A DNA stretch of 56,032 nucleotides from an uncultured Candidatus Saccharibacteria bacterium (GCA_964615735.1 CAZTQU010000001.1:1-56032); one strand, 5' to 3'; shown: positions 46,870-54,720, numbered from the stretch's first letter. Made by a program: numbers and translations. The notes: generated by a model from the letters alone, not told the origin.

Positions 46870-48465
46870 TTATATTTCTCCGGCTGGGACGATAGGAATA
46901 ATAGCAATAGAGTGAATGGCAGTGGAGAGGAGGGACTCGGTGCTGCTGAGCACATATTCGCTTTTTAGATCCGCGGGAGAATCGGTGAAAACCTGGCATC
47001 GGCCGTCAAAATCTTCAGCATCAGTCATCACCGCCCAGAAGCTTCCCTCGATTCTAACGGAATAAATTTTCTCCTCAATTTCGTGCCAAGGATAATCAAA
47101 GGTTTCATGCCAGATGGTATTGCCAATTTCCGAAGCAGAAATAGTGTGGCAATGGCCTTCAAAATTGGGCTTTTCGCAAAAAGTTACCGAGCCCTGTAAG
47201 TCATCCTCGTAATTTAGATAGAGGTTAAAGATATCAACGCTCCTCACTCGGTCAATGGGTTCGACAATGGGTTGGAGATCAATATCACTCAAAGTGGGAA
47301 CTAGGCGGTTGCGAATATTATTGGTGCCTAACCCGCTTGGATAGACGATACCGCATCTTCCTTCGCCGTTGGTTGAAGTGTGGAGTATTGTTCCCCAGCA
47401 GTGGTCGGGGAGATGTGGAAGGCCAAACAAAGATACGACATCATCAAGGTTGGCGAAAGAAAGGTCGCCGAACCCAGGGGTTGGGCCGCCGACGCCGGTG
47501 GTAAAAGAAAGGTCGCCGAGATCGAAGTCCCCGAAATCAAAGTCCCCGAAATAAAATAGGCCGGGATCAACATCCCCGAAGGAAAAGTCATCGGCTAAGC
47601 CAATAGCGACTTGTTGACTCCAATCCTCGTAGGTGTAGTGAAGATACAGGGACCGCGTCCGGTCGTTAAAGTTTTCTAGATCAGTAATAGGACTATTTAA
47701 GACAACGGGCAGATTTTTTGGGAAATCTTGGAAGGTCTCCTCGGTATACATTCCTCCTTCATGCGGGAAAAGGTAAATACCATATTCATGATTATCAAAG
47801 TAGAGAGAGCGAGGAGAAAAACTTAAGCCGAGGATGGGACGACTTTCGCCAGCAGCCGGACGGAAGAGAAGGGGGTTTTCCAGCTTTACAAAGCTTTCTT
47901 GGTAATCTTTCTCGGGAAAAAGAAAAACCGTCTGCCATTCACTCCGCGGAGCTTCAATTTCAATTTCCTCGGCCTGAAAATCCTCTGGAAGCACGTTGGG
48001 AGTGTTCTCCTGAAAGCAATGCATTTCTTCTTCATCCGTTCCCCGTTGAGCATAAAGGCAAATTCCGTGAAGGGGAATAGGCTTGATTGGCTCCAGCCCT
48101 ACTAATTGAGGATTAATAGTTCTCAAAGTCATAAAGGCTCCGAGGACAATAAGAAGACCTGCTCCTCCCCCGATTATCCGGTGACGAGCAGCCTTGGCTT
48201 TATCTACGGAGCCAGCCGAGGTTAAATGTTGGATTCCTCCGACGATCAGAATAACGAAGGCGATCACCCCAACAATATCAACCACTAGATAATAAAGATA
48301 GGCGAGATATTGAGCCAGGGGGCTTTCACTCGTCGGGACGCTTTCTATGCCTGGGATTTTAGGGTAATTGAGTTCCAGCCGAGCGTGGCTTACCAAGGGG
48401 ACGGCTAGAAGACCCAGGAGGAGAAGAAAACTGAAAAATCGAAGAGCGTTTTTAGAAACTAACAT
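46870..48465 (-). CDS. T4SS-pilin (TrbC/VirB2-like) N-domain fused to a ~400-aa extracellular region with beta-gamma-crystallin-like motifs and FGD repeats
   Basis: The N-terminus has a signal peptide, a hydrophobic helix, SAGSVDKAKAARHRIIGG, a second helix, then LRTINPQLVG. This is paralogous to the 822-aa neighbour. The C-terminus has FCEKPNFEGHC...IYSVRIEGSFWAVMTDAEDFDGRC Greek-key-like motifs. Confidence 0.6.
   Translation of the reverse strand: MLVSKNALRFFSFLLLLGLLAVPLVSHARLELNYPKIPGIESVPTSESPLAQYLAYLYYLVVDIVGVIAFVILIVGGIQHLTSAGSVDKAKAARHRIIGGGAGLLIVLGAFMTLRTINPQLVGLEPIKPIPLHGICLYAQRGTDEEEMHCFQENTPNVLPEDFQAEEIEIEAPRSEWQTVFLFPEKDYQESFVKLENPLLFRPAAGESRPILGLSFSPRSLYFDNHEYGIYLFPHEGGMYTEETFQDFPKNLPVVLNSPITDLENFNDRTRSLYLHYTYEDWSQQVAIGLADDFSFGDVDPGLFYFGDFDFGDFDLGDLSFTTGVGGPTPGFGDLSFANLDDVVSLFGLPHLPDHCWGTILHTSTNGEGRCGIVYPSGLGTNNIRNRLVPTLSDIDLQPIVEPIDRVRSVDIFNLYLNYEDDLQGSVTFCEKPNFEGHCHTISASEIGNTIWHETFDYPWHEIEEKIYSVRIEGSFWAVMTDAEDFDGRCQVFTDSPADLKSEYVLSSTESLLSTAIHSIAIIPIVPAGEI
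47456..47553 (-). repeat. In-frame short tandem/dispersed repeats encoding (D/S)FGD(F/L) units
   Basis: Three consecutive 15-nt units lie at 47509-47553: aaggtcgccgagatc, gaagtccccgaaatc and aaagtccccgaaata. In addition, aaagaaaggtcgccga occurs at 47456 and again at 47504. Confidence 0.8.
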
Positions 48466-48514
48466 TTTTTTATTAATTGTTATTAATTATTATTTATTAT
48501 TTATTAATTACCAT

Positions 48515-50983
48515 TTATCCAGATTCTCTTCCTTCTTCAATAAAGAAAAAGTTTTGCATTAAATCTTTGATAGCATCGCGGCACTGAACGCTGGCCCGGT
48601 CCCGGCGGCAGGCTTCTTGTTCTTCAGCCGTTAAGTCGGGACTATTATAGGGGTAACAATCGTCAAATTCCGGGAGAATAATCAATTCTCGTAACTCCAT
48701 TCTCTCGAGAAGAGTGAGGCAATTGTTCAGATCAACAGCTGTCATTTCTCCTTCAGGAATATGACCAAAACCAGGAATTGCTTTATCAAATTTTGTTCTA
48801 GAATCAACTAATTGGCAAATCAATTCCCGGCGATCTTCGTCATCGGGCAGAAGGTTTTCTGCCTCGATAAGATCAATAACGCGGTCTGTTTTCGGCTTAA
48901 TCGCCTCCTCGTCTTCCTCAAACCATTTTTGAGTTTCCTTGCGCCGCTGAAAGATGGTCCTGATGGGGCAAGGGCTAATACTGCCTGGGCAGAGACAAGT
49001 GGAACAAGGGCACTGCGGGCAATTGCCACAATTATTACAACGACATCCGTGTTGCTCAAAGCAACCGGGACCACAACCAGCGGAGTCTTGGGTGACTTGG
49101 CAGCCATCACACCGACATCTTGGAGGAAGATGAAATAGTTTACACTGATTATCAGGATCATTTTTATCGTAGGAGGGACAGACAATTTCTGGAGTAGAGG
49201 TTTTAATGATAATAGCCAGCTCTTTAGTTAATTGAGGAATGTAATTTTCGGCATTGTCTATCATTTCTCCTAGAAAAATAGTCCCAATAGGAAATCCCTT
49301 TTCCGTCAGGGGGTCAATTACTCCTTCCTCGAGAAAGGATCGTGAGCGGAGTTGCTCGGCTTTTTTCGTGCCGACATCCGGGCAATAGAGAGTCAAAGCG
49401 TCTTGATCATAAAAGTCGTAGCACTGGCGCTCTTGGTCGGTGGCCTCGGCAATTTCTTCGCTTGGCGGCATGATTCTGCACATAACGCCCATTTGATCGG
49501 TAGGATCAATCTCATCTTTTCCTTCTTCATTATTAATAAGGAATTTTGAGCATTGGTAGGTGGAGAAAATCTGATCTTCCCAGGACCATTCTACTAATTT
49601 CCCCTTCTCAAGATCATCGAGATTACATTTTTCACAGAACAACTTTTTCCCATTCTCTTGGCAGTCTTGACAATTAAAGTCCCGACAATATTTAGAGATG
49701 CCTAATTGCTGTTCTTCGATACATTCTTCTCCCCACTGAGCGTCATTACTGTTGACACAAAACTTAATCTGGGTAGAAGGCTCTCCCCGGTTTTTTAGGT
49801 CGTACAAGGAAGAATGGCTGATAGTCGCCCGGTAGGGGCAGTAGTTTTTGTAAGTGTTTTCTGCCTTAACTAGGTAGGAAAGGTCGGTTGTTAAACTAGC
49901 GGAATAAGGAGGGAGAAAGTGATCAGTTAACCAGCGGATTTGGTTGACGACGGTTAAATCTTGATAGTGATCAACATCCACTTTTACTAATTCACTATCT
50001 TTTAAGCAGTCGTGTCCCTGAATAACTTGATTCATAAACAAGCCACAGCCTCCCTCTCGGAAAAGTTGTTTTCTAATTTGTATCATTCGGCCCCGGCCGG
50101 GGCAGGGGTCTCCACCGCAAGGAGCGCCGCAGGGACAGGTTCCAAATGGAATACAGGGGCAAGTTCCACAACCACAAACGCCACAGGCGCACTGGGCACT
50201 AAGCTGAGCTAATTCCTTGACCCGATCGCGAAGAAATTCTGATTTGGCCTGAATGGCTTGGTTAATTTTCTCTAGGCAATCTAAACGGTCCCGGTGAAGC
50301 GTTGGCTGAATGCCTGGCTGGTTGGGGTCGGCATCGATAAATTCTCCATCTTCGTCAAAGGCGTAACATTGATAGGCGATTTCTGCATCTTCCGGCTGAG
50401 CGTCTGGCCACTGTTCCGGAAATTCCTCGGTCATCTTTTGAGCGATGGTTTCCTTTTCCTCCTGACTGATAGCTGTTTGACTGTGGCAATCAACCAATTG
50501 GTTGCTTTCATTAAAACAGCTGATGTTTTTGGCTAAAATTCTCGTTTCCAACAAAGTCCCAAAAGGAATTTCTTGATAGACGAAAGGGACGACTTCTTGT
50601 TCTGAAGGAGGAGCAGAGGGAGAAGACGTTCCGGGAGCAACCTCTGCCTCCGGAATTCCCCCCAAAATTTGAGGGTTAATAGTCTGAAGAACGATATAAG
50701 AAGTGATGATTATAAGCAAGCTTCCGAAGCCAGCTATCATTTGCTGCCGGGCTCTCTTCATAGCGTCGACAGATCCAGTTGCCAGGAGATAACGCAGGCC
50801 GCCGTAAACTAAGGATAGAAAAGCTACCAGGCCGGCGATACGGATGGTCCACTTTACTAATCCGGAAACCCAAGAAGTAAGCGCCTCCCCTTTCCCGCTG
50901 GAACCAGCGGCAAAAGCAAAAGCGACCATGCTCAATAAAACGAGAAGGCTGATAAGAAAAAGAAATAATTTTTTCTTATCCAT
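48515..50983 (-). CDS. T4SS-pilin N-domain fused to a ~700-aa cysteine-rich extracellular region
   Basis: The N-terminus has a signal peptide, a helix, ATGSVDAMKRARQQMIAGFG, a second helix, then LQTINPQILGG. By hand count there are 49 Cys, and none in the first ~155 residues. Two dense blocks read CACGVCGCGTCPCIPFGTCPCGAPCGGDPC and CRCDGCQ...CRCNNCGNCPQCPCSTCLCPGSISPC. Confidence 0.6.
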   Translation of the reverse strand: MDKKKLFLFLISLLVLLSMVAFAFAAGSSGKGEALTSWVSGLVKWTIRIAGLVAFLSLVYGGLRYLLATGSVDAMKRARQQMIAGFGSLLIIITSYIVLQTINPQILGGIPEAEVAPGTSSPSAPPSEQEVVPFVYQEIPFGTLLETRILAKNISCFNESNQLVDCHSQTAISQEEKETIAQKMTEEFPEQWPDAQPEDAEIAYQCYAFDEDGEFIDADPNQPGIQPTLHRDRLDCLEKINQAIQAKSEFLRDRVKELAQLSAQCACGVCGCGTCPCIPFGTCPCGAPCGGDPCPGRGRMIQIRKQLFREGGCGLFMNQVIQGHDCLKDSELVKVDVDHYQDLTVVNQIRWLTDHFLPPYSASLTTDLSYLVKAENTYKNYCPYRATISHSSLYDLKNRGEPSTQIKFCVNSNDAQWGEECIEEQQLGISKYCRDFNCQDCQENGKKLFCEKCNLDDLEKGKLVEWSWEDQIFSTYQCSKFLINNEEGKDEIDPTDQMGVMCRIMPPSEEIAEATDQERQCYDFYDQDALTLYCPDVGTKKAEQLRSRSFLEEGVIDPLTEKGFPIGTIFLGEMIDNAENYIPQLTKELAIIIKTSTPEIVCPSYDKNDPDNQCKLFHLPPRCRCDGCQVTQDSAGCGPGCFEQHGCRCNNCGNCPQCPCSTCLCPGSISPCPIRTIFQRRKETQKWFEEDEEAIKPKTDRVIDLIEAENLLPDDEDRRELICQLVDSRTKFDKAIPGFGHIPEGEMTAVDLNNCLTLLERMELRELIILPEFDDCYPYNSPDLTAEEQEACRRDRASVQCRDAIKDLMQNFFFIEEGRESG

Positions 50984-51341
50984 TTTTCACTTCTAAATAA
51001 ACAGTCAAGATCCAGCTAAAAGCGACATCTCCGAAAATAGGGATCGATTCCACTAAAAATGGCAGGCCAGCCCTCTTTAATAGTTTCCAAATTACCTTGA
51101 CACTCTTGCCGCTGATAGTTCCCGAGCGGAGAAAAAGAGTCCAGGCCGAAAAAATGACCAAGCCCACGATATCAAGAATAGTAGAAATAAGGAGGCCGAC
51201 GGGGGCAGTAATAACACCGAGAATGAGCAAAAGACAAATTGAACCCCCTCCGAGGTCAAGCATTCCTCCAATAGTCATCATCAATAAAGCATCCGGAGCA
51301 AGAAAATTAGAACTTGCCTTAGAAGGAGCGCCCTCTTTCAT
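50976..51341 (-). CDS. Small polytopic membrane protein (operon member, unknown function)
   Basis: 121 aa with 3-4 hydrophobic helices. It overlaps both neighbouring genes, by 8 nt and 23 nt. Confidence 0.4.
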   Translation of the reverse strand: MKEGAPSKASSNFLAPDALLMMTIGGMLDLGGGSICLLLILGVITAPVGLLISTILDIVGLVIFSAWTLFLRSGTISGKSVKVIWKLLKRAGLPFLVESIPIFGDVAFSWILTVYLEVKNG

Positions 51342-53136
51342 CTTCTTTCTCTTTTAAGGCTTTTTTTGCTTTTTCAATCTTCAAAACTTCTTCCGGGGAG
51401 GTGGTAATAATCTGGTCTTCGGCGTAAGAAGCGACTACTTGGATAGCTACTCTTTTTACCCCGGCAAAAAAGATTCCCTCTCCTACCTGGGTCGAAAGCA
51501 GAAGGTCTCTTTCTCCCTGGGTAAGATTAAAAGTATCCTGGATAAATTCAATGGAAGCCGGAGACTGCTTCATTAATAATTGGAGGGAAGAGTTATTAAT
51601 AATCGGGCGTCCGTAGGCGGAATTCATAAAATCACTGACGTCTTGAGTAATGGTGGTCAATCCCAGCCAATACTTACGAGCGCGTTTGGCGATGGAGAAA
51701 AGAAAGGAAGCTCCTTCTTCCGTTTTCATAATCCACCAGGCCTCATCAATGGTAGCGATTCTTTTCTTCAGCTGGGAGCGAATAGTGTTCCAGATATAGT
51801 GGAGGATAACATACATTGCCATCGGTCTTAATTCGTCTTCCATGTCACGAATGCCGAAAACGACTAATTTACTATCCATTTTGATATTAGAATACTGGTT
51901 GAAGAAATTGGCGTAGCTGCCCTGAGTATATTTTCTCAGGCGGCGGACTAATGACTCTCCTCCCTCCATACTTTCCAAAACGGCCTCGAAATCACTCATC
52001 CGCGGCGGCTGGATTTGAGAAAAATCAGATTCTGGGGTGATGTCTTTGGCGGCATAGGTCTCGGTTAAGGCTTGATCAACGATGGAATCTTCTTCCGGAG
52101 TTAATCCGCCGAGCATGAGACGGAAAAGGCCAACAAGTTCAAGAATATTATTCCGGAGAACGGAAGCCGGCTCTTCGTCAGCTCGAGGAATTGGTAAGTC
52201 GAAAGGATTGAGATGATGAGGGGAAGAGAGACTGATTTTGAAGAAAGACCCTCCGACAGCTTCAGACAGAAATTTATACTCATTTTCCGGGTCAATGATA
52301 ATTACATCTACTCCCTCCATGAGATAACGGATGATTTCTAATTTGGCGAAGTAGCTTTTTCCTCCTCCGCTTTTTCCGAAGATAACTTCATTGGCGTTTT
52401 CCAAAGAGAAACGGTCAAAGAGAATGAGGGAATTATTATGCCGGTTAATGCCGTAGAGAATACCTTTGCTCGAGCTCAGATCAAAGGAGATGAAGGGGAA
52501 AACGCTGGAAAGAGGGGCCGTATTCATCAGAGTGTGGACCCAGAGCTGATCTAGGCCGTAAGGGGAATTACTGACAAATCCCTCTTTTTGTTGGAAAGCG
52601 GCTGGCTTCAGATATATAAGTCTTGACTCCAAGATGGCCCGGATATCGGTTTCTACCTCTTTTAACCCCTCTTTTTCCCGGGCATACAAAGTGAAGTAAA
52701 TACTTACCCGGAACATTCTTTCTTGAGCTGTCTTTAACTGATTTCGAAGTTGTTCGATGTCCTGGAAAGCGGTTTCCAGTTCTGGACTCCTGACCAGCCC
52801 TTTTTCTTCTCGGTCAAGAATCTCGGCTTGGATTTCGGTCGTTTTTTTCCGGAGCTGCTTGAGAATAGGGGCGGTATCTATGGGATGGAAAAAGAAAGAG
52901 ATGTCCAGGGTCTGGGGAAGGTTGACAATCGGCGCCAGCCAGCCGACACTGAGATAGCGGGGATAGGAGAAGACGAAGAAACTTTCTAAATACCGCTCTT
53001 CCATCATAATATAGTTGGCGGTGATCTCTACCGAGGAGGGAGCAACCAGATCCTGCTGGCTAACCAGCTGTTGCCGGCCGCCAGAGGCAGAAGAGGCAGT
53101 GGAAGAAGAAAAAAGTTGTCTCAATTTCCCCAGCAT
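51319..53136 (-). CDS. virB4: VirB4/TrbE/TraC-family type IV secretion ATPase
   Basis: Walker A VIFGKSGGGKSYF, Walker B/DEAW IATIDEAWWIMK, and an N-terminal domain LESFFVFSYPRYLSVGWLAPIV typical of Gram-positive-type VirB4. Confidence 0.85.
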   Translation of the reverse strand: MLGKLRQLFSSSTASSASGGRQQLVSQQDLVAPSSVEITANYIMMEERYLESFFVFSYPRYLSVGWLAPIVNLPQTLDISFFFHPIDTAPILKQLRKKTTEIQAEILDREEKGLVRSPELETAFQDIEQLRNQLKTAQERMFRVSIYFTLYAREKEGLKEVETDIRAILESRLIYLKPAAFQQKEGFVSNSPYGLDQLWVHTLMNTAPLSSVFPFISFDLSSSKGILYGINRHNNSLILFDRFSLENANEVIFGKSGGGKSYFAKLEIIRYLMEGVDVIIIDPENEYKFLSEAVGGSFFKISLSSPHHLNPFDLPIPRADEEPASVLRNNILELVGLFRLMLGGLTPEEDSIVDQALTETYAAKDITPESDFSQIQPPRMSDFEAVLESMEGGESLVRRLRKYTQGSYANFFNQYSNIKMDSKLVVFGIRDMEDELRPMAMYVILHYIWNTIRSQLKKRIATIDEAWWIMKTEEGASFLFSIAKRARKYWLGLTTITQDVSDFMNSAYGRPIINNSSLQLLMKQSPASIEFIQDTFNLTQGERDLLLSTQVGEGIFFAGVKRVAIQVVASYAEDQIITTSPEEVLKIEKAKKALKEKEDERGRSF

Positions 53137-53137
53137 A

Positions 53138-53782
53138 TTATTTGATTAATTCTGGCATAATAGAAGGATAGTAGCCAACCTCGGATGACTGGGGATGGTA
53201 AGTTGACCACAGAAGTTCAATTAATTCGGAAGAGGTCAGAGGAGCAGCCAGCAAACCGCATCGCCGCAAGCCGATAGCAGTAAATTCCATCCTTTGGTAA
53301 AGCTGGCTTCGGGCCCGGCGAAAAACAACTTCGCTCATGACCACTTCTTCTTTTTTATGGCGGAAAAGTTCTTTAATAGGAGCAGAAATTTCTAGCTCAG
53401 CCAGGGTATAGGGAAGAACAACAAAAAACCTTTTATTCATAATAGTCCCTTGCTGGATGAGGCGGGCGATAAACCGACGGTAATCAGCGGTTTGAATTTT
53501 TAGCAGTTTATCGGTCTGGTTTTTTTCAAGGTCTTTTAATTTATCCAAGTAACCGGTTAAATTTACTCGTCTCGACTGGATAATGATCTGGGTGGGAAAA
53601 TCTAAAGAGTTCAAAAAATTCTGGAACTGAAAGACGATCGCTTCCTGTTCGTCGGCTGATTTCAAAGCAAAGTTAAGGGAAGAAACCATCAGTACTCCCC
53701 GTAAAGCGTTGCTCTTTAAGATAATAACTCCTTCTCTTATCTCCTTGAAAGGAAGAAGATCTTGGGCGGAAGCAGCTGACAT
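53138..53782 (-). CDS. Hypothetical protein resembling the N-terminal (non-ATPase) domain of VirB4-like proteins
   Basis: DLLPFKEIREGVIILKSNALRGVLMVSSLNFALKSADEQEAIVFQFQNFLNSLDFPTQIIIQSRRVNL matches, by eye, the pattern at the start of Gram-positive VirB4 homologues. It ends 1 nt before the virB4 ATG. Confidence 0.4.
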   Translation of the reverse strand: MSAASAQDLLPFKEIREGVIILKSNALRGVLMVSSLNFALKSADEQEAIVFQFQNFLNSLDFPTQIIIQSRRVNLTGYLDKLKDLEKNQTDKLLKIQTADYRRFIARLIQQGTIMNKRFFVVLPYTLAELEISAPIKELFRHKKEEVVMSEVVFRRARSQLYQRMEFTAIGLRRCGLLAAPLTSSELIELLWSTYHPQSSEVGYYPSIMPELIK

Positions 53783-53785
53783 AAA

Positions 53786-54202
53786 TTAAATTCTTTTCGT
53801 CTCGATTTTTGTTTCGAGACGGCTTAACTGGCTACCAGAAGAAATTCCCAAAAGTTCTTTCTTTTTTTTCTCGATGAGCGGCGCTTGTTTCTTTTGGATA
53901 ACAACTTCTAAATTAGGGGTAATCGTTTTTTTCTGCCAGATATAACGTTTTGGGGCGACGAGAAATTTTCCTAAATGCTTGACAAGATCAAACAAAGAGC
54001 GCCCTCCCGGTTTGATAAAAACAAAAATAGCGCTGATTATTAGAGCTAAGACGACGACGACCCAGAAGACTGTTCGAGGGAGGAAAAAATAGAAAACAAA
54101 GACGAAAATTCCCTCTCCCACTAGCCAGAGGAGTTGCTTAAAAGTCAATGGTCCCACGAGGGTCGTTTCTCGTTCAATAAACTTAGGAACTAGGAACTGC
54201 AT
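53786..54202 (-). CDS. PrgI/VirB3-like small membrane protein
   Basis: MQFLVPKFIERETTLVGPLTFKQLLWLV, then two TM helices. It lies upstream of virB4. Confidence 0.55.
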   Translation of the reverse strand: MQFLVPKFIERETTLVGPLTFKQLLWLVGEGIFVFVFYFFLPRTVFWVVVVLALIISAIFVFIKPGGRSLFDLVKHLGKFLVAPKRYIWQKKTITPNLEVVIQKKQAPLIEKKKKELLGISSGSQLSRLETKIETKRI

Positions 54203-54237
54203 AACTATTGTTAAAAGGATTTACCAAGACTTATATT

Positions 54238-54612
54238 TTATTCAACGGGTTCTCCGTAGATATCTTTTAACTTTCCGGGAGAGGAGGGCTGCAAGTAGTT
54301 TAACTTCTTCAGGTTGCCCTGTAAAGGTTGAAAAATTAAGTTCTGCAGATCACCGTTTAATTTTTGGGCTAGTTCTTCAGAGAGAGCGTACTCTTGTTGG
54401 AGGCGGGCGGGAACTTGGCCAAGATTGAATAAGCCCAGGAGTACGTCTCCGACTATATTGCCCAGCTTGGCTACCGGCTGGTCTTCTAATCCGTACTGCT
54501 CGACTAATCCTTGAACTATCTTGGCCGTTTCTTCCGAAAAGATGGCTTCCTGGATATCCGGCGGAAGATTGGGATAAATTTTCCAAAACTGGTCAATGTC
54601 GCTTTGTTCCAT
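54238..54612 (-). CDS. Hypothetical soluble 124-aa protein, first gene of the T4SS-like operon
   Basis: It is a clean ORF directly downstream of the promoter-like boxes. I recognise no family. Confidence 0.45.
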   Translation of the reverse strand: MEQSDIDQFWKIYPNLPPDIQEAIFSEETAKIVQGLVEQYGLEDQPVAKLGNIVGDVLLGLFNLGQVPARLQQEYALSEELAQKLNGDLQNLIFQPLQGNLKKLNYLQPSSPGKLKDIYGEPVE

Positions 54613-54629
54613 AAATTATTCTTTTTATC

Positions 54630-54658
54630 ATTCTACTATCTTTGTTCCCTATTGCCAA
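54630..54658 (-). promoter_or_regulatory. Putative promoter of the T4SS-like operon (TTGGCA-N17-TAGAAT)
   Basis: The reverse strand reads TTGGCA (54658-54653), a 17-nt spacer, then TAGAAT (54635-54630), about 18 nt upstream of the ATG at 54612. Confidence 0.4.
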
Positions 54659-54664
54659 GGGCCG

Positions 54665-54702
54665 GTTGCTATTGACGAAATAGAGTTGCTATTGACGAAA
54701 TA
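54665..54702. repeat. Perfect 18-nt direct repeat GTTGCTATTGACGAAATA x2 with a 20-nt period, plus a degenerate third copy one period upstream
   Basis: The two perfect copies at 54665-54682 and 54685-54702 are identical. CTATTG recurs at 54649, 54669 and 54689. Confidence 0.9.
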
Positions 54703-54720
54703 ATTAATATGTGTTATTTT
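54692..54720 (+). promoter_or_regulatory. Putative promoter of the SPFH gene (TTGACG-N17-TATTTT with a TGn extension)
   Basis: TTGACG (54692-54697) lies inside repeat copy 2. TGT-TATTTT follows at 54712-54720, and an AGGAGG Shine-Dalgarno site lies at 54761-54766. Confidence 0.35.

Noticed and set aside
48466-48514. An AT-only spacer with reiterated TTATTAATT-like words; considered as a repeat array or regulatory iteron.
   Set aside because: It is low-complexity AT sequence with no fixed period or conserved unit. It is more likely just an AT-rich inter-cistronic or promoter spacer.
48812-49185. ORFs over 100 aa on both strands inside the cysteine-rich gene.
   Set aside because: They are artefacts of the Cys/Gly/Pro codon run (TGC/GGN/CCN), which is poor in stop codons in other frames. 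The 822-aa frame is continuous and has the pilin N-domain.
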